From: a virus
Lineage: Duplodnaviria > Caudoviricetes
DNA length: 52,534 nt
Reading direction: 5' to 3' (one strand)
IMG/VR virus record: IMGVR_UViG_3300027972_000016
Location: 1 to 52,534 of that record
Position numbers and translations under genes: made by a program. The notes below the pieces were generated by a model. That model worked only from the letters and a program-made list of their open reading frames with translations, did no database searches and was not told where the DNA came from. Shown here piece by piece: positions 36,701 to 46,211 of this stretch (its first letter is position 1; each line of letters starts with the position of its first letter).

Positions 36701-39145
36701 GTAACTACAGGTCCATATTTATTACCAGATGATAAATCTTTAACTACACTCGGTGGTGTTGTTCAAGGTAATCAATCATATTTTTTACCAGGTACATTAC
36801 CTACATTTGAAAGACCTACATTACCTTTTAGTTTACCAATTCAAAGTCATTATGGAGCTTTAAAAGGTAGAGTAAGAAATCAATATGGTCAACTAGACTC
36901 AATTAAACAAATTGTAATTACTCCTTGTGAACAAACATTTAATACTAATGAAATAGTTCCTACAGGACCAACTATTTGTTTAACCAAACCGTATTTATAC
37001 AAAACAATACAAAGAACTCCTATATTATTTGGAGGAGATACTTATATAAATAGATATACTGAAAAGAACAATATGATGTTCTTTTATGATTGGTTGTATG
37101 ATCAACCTGATGGGTTTGAATATAACTACTATTTAAGAAATATGATTCCTAATCCTAGGTTTAGGCTCAATAGTACTTTGTATGATGTTCAAAATTTAGC
37201 AAGTTTAATTTCTTTTAGTGCAAGTCCTAGTCCTGGTACTGGAGCATTACCTTCTATTTTTTATAATCTTGATTATTACTTTGATAGTATTAGATTTTAT
37301 AATTATAATAATGATACATTAGGAAATCCAGAGGCATTAGCAATTCTATTAGGAACTTATGACGGATTATTTTCTGTTAAAAAGGCTTTCTTTTATTTAG
37401 CTAATTCATCTATAAGAGATTTCTTTGTAGAGAGTGATGTTATTGTAGACTTTAGTCAACAAGGTGAAACTATTGGAGAAAAGCATTATGATCCATATAG
37501 ATACACTGATTACTTTGCAATGTTTGATATGAACCCATTAGTAATGGGTAGAAACAGTGCATACATATATGATTACTCATTAAGTGTATCTAAGTTATAT
37601 AACCAATATTTTTCTGCAGGTCTTACACAAAGTAGATATTATGATCCTAATGTAGCTGCATTATGTTTTACTTATTATCCTAACAGAGTAATATATTCAT
37701 TACCTCAACAAAATGAATCAGTAAAAGATAGTTGGTTTATATATTTAGCAAATAACTATAACCAGTTTTTATCACAAATCAGTGGTGTAAAAGCTATTAA
37801 TAAAAGTGGGGTTATCTTTACTTTTAAAAATGATAGTCCTGTAATGTATCAAGGTGTTGATACTTTACAAACTGATTTAGGTACCAAGATTACAATTGGA
37901 GATGGTGGATTATTTAGTCAACCTCAACAAGCAATCACTAATGCTGATAAAGCATATGAGTATGGAGCATCACAAAATAGACTGTCTGTTATATCTACAC
38001 CAGTAGGTATATATTATATGTCTCAAAGTGCTGGTAAAGTATTTAGTTTTGGAGATGGTTTACAAGAAATATCTCAGAATGGTATGAAGTGGTGGTTTAC
38101 TTTATTCTTACCATATAAATTAACTGAAGATTTTCCAAATTATCCTTATCAGGATAATCCAGTTGCTGGTATAGGATGTCAATCTGTATATGATAATACC
38201 AATGGAGTATTATACTTTGCTAAGAAAGATTATAAACTTAAATCAGAATATGAAGGAAGAGTAACTTATGTTCCTTTAAATCTAAATGGTACAGGAGATT
38301 ATTTCTTATTAGATGGAAACTCAGCTCAGTTCAGAATAGGTAATCCATTTTTATTTGATGATGCATCTTGGACAATTAGTTATGATCCTAAAAATCAGTT
38401 CTGGATTAGTTTCCATGACTGGCATCCAGATTTATTAATTCCAACAAAAGATGTATTTATTTCCACTAAGAAAAATGGAGGTTGGAGACATAATTGGTCA
38501 TGTACTAAATTCTGTAACTACTATGGTACAGATTATGCATGTGAAATAGAGATTCCAATTGTTACTGGTCAAAATGTAATGACTACTAGATCAATAGAAT
38601 ACATACTTGAAGCATATAGAAGATCAAACCATAACTGTGTAGATCAACATCATGTATTAGACTTTAACTTTGATACAGCTGTTATTTATAACTCAGAGCA
38701 AGTATCTGGTTACTTAAACTTAAATATATATCCTAAGAATGATATAAACTTAAGTAGACAGTATCCTAAACTAAATGCTAACAATTCTTCATTTGATATA
38801 CTCTTTTCTAAAGAAGAGAATAAATTCAGGTTTAATCAATTTTGGGATATAACTAAAAATAGAGGTGAGTTTCCAATTGGTTCTAACTATCCTCCTACTG
38901 GACCTGTTATTCCTGGTACAACAGTATTGAATGGTAATTATGAATCTCAGAATACATGGATTACCGCTCCTGATGGTTATACTAGAATATTAAATCCTAA
39001 TAACTTAAGTTATAATAAGTCAGACCTTCAAAGAAAAAAATTCAGACATTACTTGAATTTCTTAAATTTGAAAAGAAATGTATCTAATGACATCAACTTT
39101 ATATTGAAAGTTAGTAATAGTAAAAATGAAATATCCTTCAGATAA
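33716..39145 (+). CDS. Tail stabilisation/muzzle (nozzle) protein
   Basis: 1809 aa. N-terminal FIKGLNKD, YLRDEVYAFFIRW, HHKFP, FGGDTYINRY and WTISYDP...WISFHDW.P are consistent with the crAss-like beta-propeller nozzle. Confidence 0.75.
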   Translation: MAKKNLQDTSKAITNSFIKGLNKDADPSYVTEGMWTHAINMVNNSKIGKVGSISNESANYICFTTGLTMPLTVTEKLVIGVIYLFSDKWIVFTAGHDSQGRPISAEIGLFEEELCLYRPIVQDPCLAFDKRFLISGAARLKSDCSWQVYWADGLNPDRYLNIGDPKSWPPSNYIFNGGTGLNGNYYIGPAGSKILWPGVQWNQKCTDENEIVVPKLNYTPIGCITCTNLNTLDCTRIRIARLMETPCLNLKLGVQGGTLANGTYFAVIAYLIDGQRVTDYFSQSNNQPVFYVNDLAGSLDLDVHADSDNFDEFELVIVQNINQGTVAKRIGNYSTKTTRISIDQINPSNITVPLEQLPIVTPVYEKSDQMAQLNSYLLRVGPTSKFDFNYQPLANLIQAKWASVEYPGDYYMKGGNKTNYLRDEVYAFFIRWVYDTGDKSPSYHIPGRVPRDFNIPGSGTINETATIYAQDSLTTDDKTFEVFNTASVTTGSYVGTTTDDGGTVLAVGDMGYWQSSEKYPDNRADIWNPSYYCWTTPAGKTGVYDLCGKNIRHHKFPEDYINGSTNTNVTHFASNPNPATVGSQYTIRLLGVYFENIILPKDNDGVDIPGLVGYEILRGSREGNKTIIAKGMVNNFRTYKLRGAIGTNRTGLYANYPFNTITPITSPLNGHAAGVNDPYIQLRDADDNYYSQEIPEDIFTFHSPDTMFRTPFLSTQEFKLYGVLSGYSNQQFQEPSQHPRFKLLADDAIKPMLLLGIAEAIVSMVGKRTDSTPSIIPATGVSDGLAVAYGAYVTAATGLQTLPTPLTSPITLYNTFFNNYYSSGAAIADIGLSLLSLPTTVDVAEGLIVTALNATSIAQVNAPIIRTGTIELPDYAYLPGPLKILGGLNQALFYFSEGADIALRILYASTSYKQYALQQIAYGYYGTMTPPSINNLRRFKIEDSFYLRDNIQEVSRYQNSSGAYVSYNINNLKRSASVVVRTVSGPYKDASKPNGVTTGPYLLPDDKSLTTLGGVVQGNQSYFLPGTLPTFERPTLPFSLPIQSHYGALKGRVRNQYGQLDSIKQIVITPCEQTFNTNEIVPTGPTICLTKPYLYKTIQRTPILFGGDTYINRYTEKNNMMFFYDWLYDQPDGFEYNYYLRNMIPNPRFRLNSTLYDVQNLASLISFSASPSPGTGALPSIFYNLDYYFDSIRFYNYNNDTLGNPEALAILLGTYDGLFSVKKAFFYLANSSIRDFFVESDVIVDFSQQGETIGEKHYDPYRYTDYFAMFDMNPLVMGRNSAYIYDYSLSVSKLYNQYFSAGLTQSRYYDPNVAALCFTYYPNRVIYSLPQQNESVKDSWFIYLANNYNQFLSQISGVKAINKSGVIFTFKNDSPVMYQGVDTLQTDLGTKITIGDGGLFSQPQQAITNADKAYEYGASQNRLSVISTPVGIYYMSQSAGKVFSFGDGLQEISQNGMKWWFTLFLPYKLTEDFPNYPYQDNPVAGIGCQSVYDNTNGVLYFAKKDYKLKSEYEGRVTYVPLNLNGTGDYFLLDGNSAQFRIGNPFLFDDASWTISYDPKNQFWISFHDWHPDLLIPTKDVFISTKKNGGWRHNWSCTKFCNYYGTDYACEIEIPIVTGQNVMTTRSIEYILEAYRRSNHNCVDQHHVLDFNFDTAVIYNSEQVSGYLNLNIYPKNDINLSRQYPKLNANNSSFDILFSKEENKFRFNQFWDITKNRGEFPIGSNYPPTGPVIPGTTVLNGNYESQNTWITAPDGYTRILNPNNLSYNKSDLQRKKFRHYLNFLNLKRNVSNDINFILKVSNSKNEISFR

Positions 39146-42100
39146 TGGGAAATAGAAAAGAACTCATAAAAGCTACAAGAGAATTAGATAAAGCTAAAGC
39201 TCCTAAGAAACAAAAAGATATAATCACTGATCCTATGGGTCAGTGGAAATATCCTGGCCAACCAACTAGAATCCCTGGTAGTGATATTACTATGCAGGGA
39301 GTTAATTATCCTGTTATGGCAGTAGCAAGTACTGGTCAAAAACAAATGATGGTACCTGGTGCTGAGTATACATTTCCTGGAGCTGACTATGTAGATGAAT
39401 TTCCTCAGATGAAAAAAGGAGGAGGATTAAAAAGAGGAACTACAAAGAGTCTTTCAGGAACTAATAAGTTAATGAAGAAGAATCCTTTGTTTAAGAATTA
39501 TAAACATAAGTTATTTGATCCTAAGTCTAAACATTTTCAAAATGGTGGTATTAGAAAATTTGATGAAGGTGGTGATACAGAATCTACAACAGCACCAAGT
39601 AAACCATCAATAAGCCCAAAAGAACAATATCAAAATACAATAAAGAATAATTATAAAACATATTTACAATCTGTAAACAATGTTACTCCTTATACAAAAG
39701 CTACAAGAGAAGGAGAAATGAATTGTATACATGGTGTGTGTACAGTTATAGAAGGTTCTGGTGCTAAAAAGTTTGATAGTGAGTATATTGGTAACATGAC
39801 TTTTAATGATGCTAGAAAAAAAGAAGGCTATTATGAGGTAGATCCAAAAATTGAAGGTTTTGAAATAGGTGATATTGTACAATATGCAAGAACAAAAGCA
39901 AATGCAGCTTCTGCAGGAAGATTTAAACCAGGTAGTTCATTAACTCCAGTTAATAAAGATGATCTTATTCCGCAACATGCTAAAGTAATTTTAAATAAAT
40001 ATGTTGATGAAAATAACATTACCAGATATGTAGTTGGTCATAATGAAGGTACAGATAAATTTCTTATAAGTAAAGATGATGATGGTAATGATATAAAAGA
40101 AGAAACTTTATTTAAACATTATTTAGATGGCTATAATACATATGATGGACTTATTGTAAATAGATATGATCCAGAAGCAGTAGAAAAAAGAGAAAAAGAA
40201 AAAAGAACAAAGCAAGATATCATATTTGGGAAAAATAGTTATGCTAATATGTATAATGAAAAACCTGAAATAGTTCTCAAACAAGAAACCTTTGATGATA
40301 AGTTTAATAAAAAAATTGTAGAAAGTTCTGGTAAAAGAAAAGAATTATTAAACTATTACAAAAACAATTATAACAAGTTAGGTAAAACAGCAAACATGCC
40401 ACCTTCTGTTTTAAATAAATTATTTCATAATCAAATAGGTATAGCAGAACAAGAAAGTAAATTAGGTGAAGATTTAGGTATGAAAAATATTGTTCCTGAA
40501 AACTTACTTCCTACAGCAAGAAAACTAAAAGAAGCAACATCATCAAATGATGATTGGATAAAAGACTATTGGCAAAAAAATGCTAATAATGTTAAAACTC
40601 AATATAAAACTATTGATGATTTTAAAAAACATTTAAGTAGCAATAGTAAACTTAGTAAAGAAGCTAAAAACTATTTGTTTTATAATAGTCCAAAAAGTAA
40701 AGGTGTTTTTCAACAAAAAGAACTTTCAGAAAGAGGTAAATTATTAGGTTCAAACTTTGATACAAAAGAAAATGAGTTTTTATCTTCTATGTATTTAGCT
40801 ATTGATAACTATAGTATATTAAAAAATAAATATCCTGATTTATCAGAAGATGAATTAGTTGATCTTACTACTTTAATGCATAATGCTCCAGGAAAAGCTT
40901 TAACAAAAGAATATGTAGATTATTACTTAAAAAATAATGATATAGATTATGTAAATAAAGTTAAAGATCAAAGAGGTGTTATGGAAGTACCTGAGAAAAA
41001 ATCATTATCTAAATTAATACAAAATACTAATGATAATAAAAATAAACTTACAGATCAAGAAGCAGATAAATTAAAAAAATTTATAAACAGTAAACTACCT
41101 GCTAAACAAGATGGTGGTATGACAGGTATGATGAAAGGTAGAATTGCAACTGCTGCTCATTTTGGTAATCCAGCTGCTCAAAGAATGGTGAGTCCTAATC
41201 CTAAAAAAGGAATGACACCTGAAGGTGAAGGTACTCATTACATGGCAAGTATGGGAGAGTATGTTGTTCCATTCTTACAAGATAAAGGAGGAAACCGTTT
41301 AGAGTATAATGAAAATCCAGCACCAGGTAGAGAAGATATGAAATTTAATTCTCCAGAGGAAGCTGCTTATTTTGCAGAGCACTATAAAGAAGTTGCTCCA
41401 ATGATGAAAAATTATATAGAAGCAGAACTTACAGATGATGAAATAGAAGAATATAGAAAAGGTGGATATATTGTTGAAGATATATCTGTTCCTTCTTTAA
41501 ATCAGAGACAAGAGGGTGGAACTGAAAAACCTATTAATGCAGCTAACCCTTATTGGATACTAGATGAAGGAGAACCATTTAAAGTTAGACCATTTGATGC
41601 TCAGCTAGAATATAATAAAGCTAATCAAACTTTTGAGAATAGAATACCACAATCAGGTATGATAGAAGAAAGTGATATAGATCCTACAGATGTATTAAGC
41701 TTAGGAGCTGGTTTAGCTAAAACATTTGGTAAAGGTATTAGTAAAGCTTTATTAAAATCTGGAGCAAGAAGATTAGTAACTAAAAGTATAACACCTATTG
41801 GTTATGATCCATTTACTATAGCAGCTGCTCCTTTAGAATTACTTACACCAAAAGCATTAAAATTTAAACCAAAAACATATGCTACTAAAAATAGATATGA
41901 TGCATGGAAATTATATAATGGTTTAGAGCCTGAATTTAATACTTTTTCAAAAAATTTAGATGGTACATTAGCAATAAATGATTTTAGATTAAGTAAATAT
42001 AACTTACAAAATATAATTGATAATCCTAAAAAATCATTTGGTACTACAGACATAAAAAATGAATTTAATTTTGGAGGTGTTCATGGAAATGGATGGATCA

Positions 42101-43848
42101 CAAAAGGAGTAGATGAGAAAGGTAAAAAATTTATTGATTTTACAGATACTTGGGATTTACAACCTTTAAAAAATGTGAAAGGTTTACCTGATAAACTTAA
42201 AGAATTTGAAGTATCTTCTTTAACAGGAGGAAAACCTTTTGATTTAAAGAATAGAATTTATTATGATGATGCTGGTAATTTTTTTGATCATAAAGGAACT
42301 AAACTTGTTGAAGAAGTTCAACATTTTCCTAAGGGGATTGTGAAACAAAATGAAGCAGTAGATGAAATAATGTTAAGTACACCAAATGTTGTTGGAACAA
42401 AACAAATAGATGTATTAAAAGATTGGAACAAGGCAGTTAATCAAAAATTTTTTAAAGGGGCAGCTGCAGGATTTGGAAGTGTATTTGCAGGTCTAGAGTA
42501 TCATCTTAATAAATTAAAAGAAAAATCAAAAAAAGATTTAGATAAAAAAGCATATGGAGGTACTATAAAAAAGTTTGGTAAAGGAGGTAAAAAAGATTTA
42601 GATATATCAGTTAATCCAACTAAGCAACCATCTGCTTTTACTTTTACACCTTCTAGAATTCCAGGTAGTAAACAAGAGGCAGAAAGTATGTTAGCCTCAG
42701 GAGAACTTAAAGAAAGAAGTAATCCTCTTACTAAAGAAGATGTTAAACTTGCAGTAGATGCAGCTAGTGTAGGATTTTATCCAGCGGCAGTATTAGGATC
42801 CGCAATGGATGCTGCTGAAGGAAATTATATATCAGCGGCTTTGGGTTTAATACCTGTAGTAGGTAAAGCAGGTAAGCATGGAAAATTTTGGGGAAAAGCT
42901 TATACTAAAGCTATAAATGCAGGAGTTCCTAATGCTATTGCCTACCCCGCAAAAAAATATGGTAAAGCTTTTACACAAGGAAGTTCTATTGGTACTAATA
43001 TTCATGATGTTTATAATGATTTTAATCAAAACAAAAAAGCATATGGTGGATACATGCAAGAAGGTGGTATTAAAAATACACTTACTTTTCAAGAAGATGA
43101 AGAATCTACTTTATCTGATGAAGAATTTTTTAATCAACCTAATGAAAATGAAATATCTGATAAACCTACAAGATCAATGTATATTAGTGATCCAAGAAAA
43201 ATAAGAGCTACAACTGGTAAAAAAATAAGACCTAATGTTGATTTAAAAAGTGGAGAATATGATGTAGATGCAATTGAAAAATTAGCTGAATATGCAGTTT
43301 TAAGAGGTATAAATCCATATAGAGCAATTGCACAAGCATTGGCAGAATCAACTTTAGGAACAAAAACTCCTGATAATGTTGGTCATACCCGTCATGGTAA
43401 AAATAAAAACATGTATACTAATATGATGGATGCTATTATAGAAGGAGATTCATTAGCTAAAGTAAAAGGAAAAACTAAACCAGAAGAAATTATACAAGGA
43501 TATAATAGATATGGTAAGTTAACTTCTGATACTGAAAAAGATTATCATGGTGGTAAAGTTACTGGATTTTATGGTGTAAAGTTTCCAAAAGAAACAGGCT
43601 ACTTAGATATGAATAAAACTCCTTTGTATGGAATAGAAGTATTGGATTTACAAAAAAATGTACTTGAACCTAATGAAAAGATTAGAAGTATTGTACAACC
43701 ACAGCTACATCCTAGACCTCCGAAACCTGCAATACAGTACTTTAATAAAAATAGACCTGAGTTCTCTAAAGGTGGTGTAGTTGCTAAACTGAGTCAGAAA
43801 GAAATTGATGATTATATAAAACAAGGTTATATTGTAGAAGAAGAATAA
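39145..43848 (+). CDS. Multi-module internal virion (cargo) protein with NlpC/P60-CHAP-like and two lysozyme/SLT-like modules
   Basis: NCIHGVC...IGDIVQY...QHAKVI; GIAEQESKLG...SKGVFQQK...MHNAPG; AIAQALAESTLG...QGYNRYG. Modules are separated by xxxGG motifs. Follows the muzzle gene. Confidence 0.55.
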   Translation: MGNRKELIKATRELDKAKAPKKQKDIITDPMGQWKYPGQPTRIPGSDITMQGVNYPVMAVASTGQKQMMVPGAEYTFPGADYVDEFPQMKKGGGLKRGTTKSLSGTNKLMKKNPLFKNYKHKLFDPKSKHFQNGGIRKFDEGGDTESTTAPSKPSISPKEQYQNTIKNNYKTYLQSVNNVTPYTKATREGEMNCIHGVCTVIEGSGAKKFDSEYIGNMTFNDARKKEGYYEVDPKIEGFEIGDIVQYARTKANAASAGRFKPGSSLTPVNKDDLIPQHAKVILNKYVDENNITRYVVGHNEGTDKFLISKDDDGNDIKEETLFKHYLDGYNTYDGLIVNRYDPEAVEKREKEKRTKQDIIFGKNSYANMYNEKPEIVLKQETFDDKFNKKIVESSGKRKELLNYYKNNYNKLGKTANMPPSVLNKLFHNQIGIAEQESKLGEDLGMKNIVPENLLPTARKLKEATSSNDDWIKDYWQKNANNVKTQYKTIDDFKKHLSSNSKLSKEAKNYLFYNSPKSKGVFQQKELSERGKLLGSNFDTKENEFLSSMYLAIDNYSILKNKYPDLSEDELVDLTTLMHNAPGKALTKEYVDYYLKNNDIDYVNKVKDQRGVMEVPEKKSLSKLIQNTNDNKNKLTDQEADKLKKFINSKLPAKQDGGMTGMMKGRIATAAHFGNPAAQRMVSPNPKKGMTPEGEGTHYMASMGEYVVPFLQDKGGNRLEYNENPAPGREDMKFNSPEEAAYFAEHYKEVAPMMKNYIEAELTDDEIEEYRKGGYIVEDISVPSLNQRQEGGTEKPINAANPYWILDEGEPFKVRPFDAQLEYNKANQTFENRIPQSGMIEESDIDPTDVLSLGAGLAKTFGKGISKALLKSGARRLVTKSITPIGYDPFTIAAAPLELLTPKALKFKPKTYATKNRYDAWKLYNGLEPEFNTFSKNLDGTLAINDFRLSKYNLQNIIDNPKKSFGTTDIKNEFNFGGVHGNGWITKGVDEKGKKFIDFTDTWDLQPLKNVKGLPDKLKEFEVSSLTGGKPFDLKNRIYYDDAGNFFDHKGTKLVEEVQHFPKGIVKQNEAVDEIMLSTPNVVGTKQIDVLKDWNKAVNQKFFKGAAAGFGSVFAGLEYHLNKLKEKSKKDLDKKAYGGTIKKFGKGGKKDLDISVNPTKQPSAFTFTPSRIPGSKQEAESMLASGELKERSNPLTKEDVKLAVDAASVGFYPAAVLGSAMDAAEGNYISAALGLIPVVGKAGKHGKFWGKAYTKAINAGVPNAIAYPAKKYGKAFTQGSSIGTNIHDVYNDFNQNKKAYGGYMQEGGIKNTLTFQEDEESTLSDEEFFNQPNENEISDKPTRSMYISDPRKIRATTGKKIRPNVDLKSGEYDVDAIEKLAEYAVLRGINPYRAIAQALAESTLGTKTPDNVGHTRHGKNKNMYTNMMDAIIEGDSLAKVKGKTKPEEIIQGYNRYGKLTSDTEKDYHGGKVTGFYGVKFPKETGYLDMNKTPLYGIEVLDLQKNVLEPNEKIRSIVQPQLHPRPPKPAIQYFNKNRPEFSKGGVVAKLSQKEIDDYIKQGYIVEEE

Positions 43849-43890
43849 ACTTTATAGGTTTATCAAAATTAATAAAATTTATTATATTTA
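43846..43890. promoter_or_regulatory. TAAAC-N7-GTTTA box plus TTTATTATATTTA promoter-like motif
   Basis: TAAAC-TTTATAG-GTTTA at 43846-43862 and the motif at 43878-43890. Confidence 0.55.
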
Positions 43891-43906
43891 GTATATATCA
43901 ATTACT

Positions 43907-46201
43907 ATGGAAAAAAGAACAGTTAGAATTTACAAAGCTCCAGATGGTGAAGGTAAATTCATAAACAAAACTTCTCAGTTTTTACAAAAGGCTCAGCAAG
44001 GTGCGCAAGTACAGAGACCTGAGGATAAGATGTTGAAATATGCACAGTTTGTTTATAACAGATTAAGCAGAGAAGATTCTCCAGAAGAGATATATGATGG
44101 ACTTATGCAACAAGGATTATCTCCTGAAATTGCACAAGGTATAATCAGTCAGGTAATGGATAAAATGATTGATGCTGGTGAGTTAGATCCTGATTATAAT
44201 AAACAAGATGAGGAACAAGCTGCAGAACAAGAAGCTCCAGAAGAAGAAGAACAAGTTAGTGATAGTCAAGAAGAGGAAGAAGAAGTCTTGTCTAATATGA
44301 ACTATGCGGAAGATGAAGAGGAAGAAGGTACTGAAGAAGAAGGTAATGAACCTTGGGCTACAGATATGTATCAAGATGGAGGAGAACTTATTTCTACTGA
44401 AGGTGCAGAAGAGGAAAGACAAATACAGTTTCCTGGTGTAGAATCATATCTTCCTGATTATAATCCTATTGTTTGGGATAACATAGATGCTTTACAACCT
44501 CAACAATCTTTAAAACATGGTGGTATGCCATCTAAGAAAAGCTTTGTTAAGAATGTAATGTCTATTATTAAAAGACAAGCTGGTGGAGAAGGAGCGGATG
44601 CATCTAATGATATTGGTAAAGGAAATCCATTTGATACTGCTACTAATACTTTAGAAAAAAGAAAAAGTGGATTTTTAGATACACTTAAAAATCAAACTAC
44701 TAAAGCTAAGACAGAAGATATATACAAAAAATTAGTAAGTTCAAATGATCCTGACTTACATAAAGTAGCATCAGTATTAGCTGGACAACAACAAGCTCCT
44801 CAAGACTATAACTTTCCTGAACAACCCTATGCTCAAGTAGGTGGTTTTACAGGTGGAGAAGATCCATTATATAAATTTGTATATGGTGGAGATGATGAAG
44901 TTAATCCTGAGTATTATGAAGAAGATTATTTACCTGAAGCTCAAGATGGAAAAACAGTAGAAAAGAAAGATACAGAAAAAAAAGATACAGATAAAAAAGT
45001 TGTGGATCCTTGGGAAGGATATGAAATTAGAAAAGCTAAAGTTTCTTATACCCCAAGAGTAAAGACAACTGCAGGCGGGTTGAGGGGAACCTTATTACCT
45101 TGGAATCCTATTGGGCGTGTGACAGGTCAAACTGCTGAACAAGTAGGTCAACCTTATAACATAAAAGATAATACACCTTACACAGGTTCAGTACAAGGTC
45201 AAACTCCTATTGCTAGATATACAACTAAAACTACAATGTTTGGAAGAAGACCAAAAGAATGGATTGATATCTATCAAGCTCCAACTTATCCTGGCCGTAC
45301 TCCAGAAAAAGTTTTATCTAAAGAAGAGTTAGCTGCTTTAAAAAAAGAAGAAGAAGTTGTAAAAATGCAGGAAGATACTAGAAAAAAACAATTTCAACCA
45401 TCTGTTAAACCTGCAACTATAAATACAACTAACACTGATAATCAAACTGAAACACTTGGTGAATCAAAATATGGTTATCAATATGGTGGTGCTTTAAGTA
45501 AATATTTTCCAGGTGGTATTACTGATCCAAGAGAGATAAGTAAAAAGAAATCTGATCCTACTAGTTATATGACAGAACAAGAGGGTTATCTAGGTAATCC
45601 TTTTGGAAGACCTACTTTTGGTAGATCAGAATCTTATGCTGATCAAAGAAATCCTTCATTATATGATAATGGTGTAGCTAATACTAATACACAAAGTTTT
45701 GATCCTACACGTATACAACCAATAAATGCATCTCCTACAGCAAATTCAACAGAAGAAGCAACTGTAAAACAATCAAATTTACCTCAACTTGGAACTGAGC
45801 CAGAATATTATGGTATAAAAGGTAAAGCAAAAAATCAAAGATCATTTGATGGTGAAGCTGCTGTAAATGTTTTCAATGCTGGTACTCAAGGAGTATTAGG
45901 TATGATAGAGAGAAGACAACAAGGTAAACAAGAAAGAAAGATGATGGAGAATGAGTTTAATGCAGATAACTTATATGCAACATCTACAGATAAAGATAGA
46001 GGAGATTGGGTAGACTATGGTTCTCAACTTGGTCAATATAGATTTGATCAGATGGGTCAAGATAGAAGTGGTAGATTCTCTTATGGACAAGAAGGTGGAT
46101 ATATGCAAGAAGGTGGATTTACAGAAGGGGAAGAAGTAGAAATGACAGAAGCTGAGTTAGCAGATTTTATTGCTAATGGAGGTGAAGTAGAATATATTTA
46201 A
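43907..46201 (+). CDS. Acidic, low-complexity internal virion (cargo) protein
   Basis: 764 aa with an E-rich tract and about ten xxxGG motifs. The C-terminal EVEMTEAELADFIANGGEVEYI is shared with the previous gene. Confidence 0.55.
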   Translation: MEKRTVRIYKAPDGEGKFINKTSQFLQKAQQGAQVQRPEDKMLKYAQFVYNRLSREDSPEEIYDGLMQQGLSPEIAQGIISQVMDKMIDAGELDPDYNKQDEEQAAEQEAPEEEEQVSDSQEEEEEVLSNMNYAEDEEEEGTEEEGNEPWATDMYQDGGELISTEGAEEERQIQFPGVESYLPDYNPIVWDNIDALQPQQSLKHGGMPSKKSFVKNVMSIIKRQAGGEGADASNDIGKGNPFDTATNTLEKRKSGFLDTLKNQTTKAKTEDIYKKLVSSNDPDLHKVASVLAGQQQAPQDYNFPEQPYAQVGGFTGGEDPLYKFVYGGDDEVNPEYYEEDYLPEAQDGKTVEKKDTEKKDTDKKVVDPWEGYEIRKAKVSYTPRVKTTAGGLRGTLLPWNPIGRVTGQTAEQVGQPYNIKDNTPYTGSVQGQTPIARYTTKTTMFGRRPKEWIDIYQAPTYPGRTPEKVLSKEELAALKKEEEVVKMQEDTRKKQFQPSVKPATINTTNTDNQTETLGESKYGYQYGGALSKYFPGGITDPREISKKKSDPTSYMTEQEGYLGNPFGRPTFGRSESYADQRNPSLYDNGVANTNTQSFDPTRIQPINASPTANSTEEATVKQSNLPQLGTEPEYYGIKGKAKNQRSFDGEAAVNVFNAGTQGVLGMIERRQQGKQERKMMENEFNADNLYATSTDKDRGDWVDYGSQLGQYRFDQMGQDRSGRFSYGQEGGYMQEGGFTEGEEVEMTEAELADFIANGGEVEYI

Positions 46202-46211
46202 TTTTTATATT

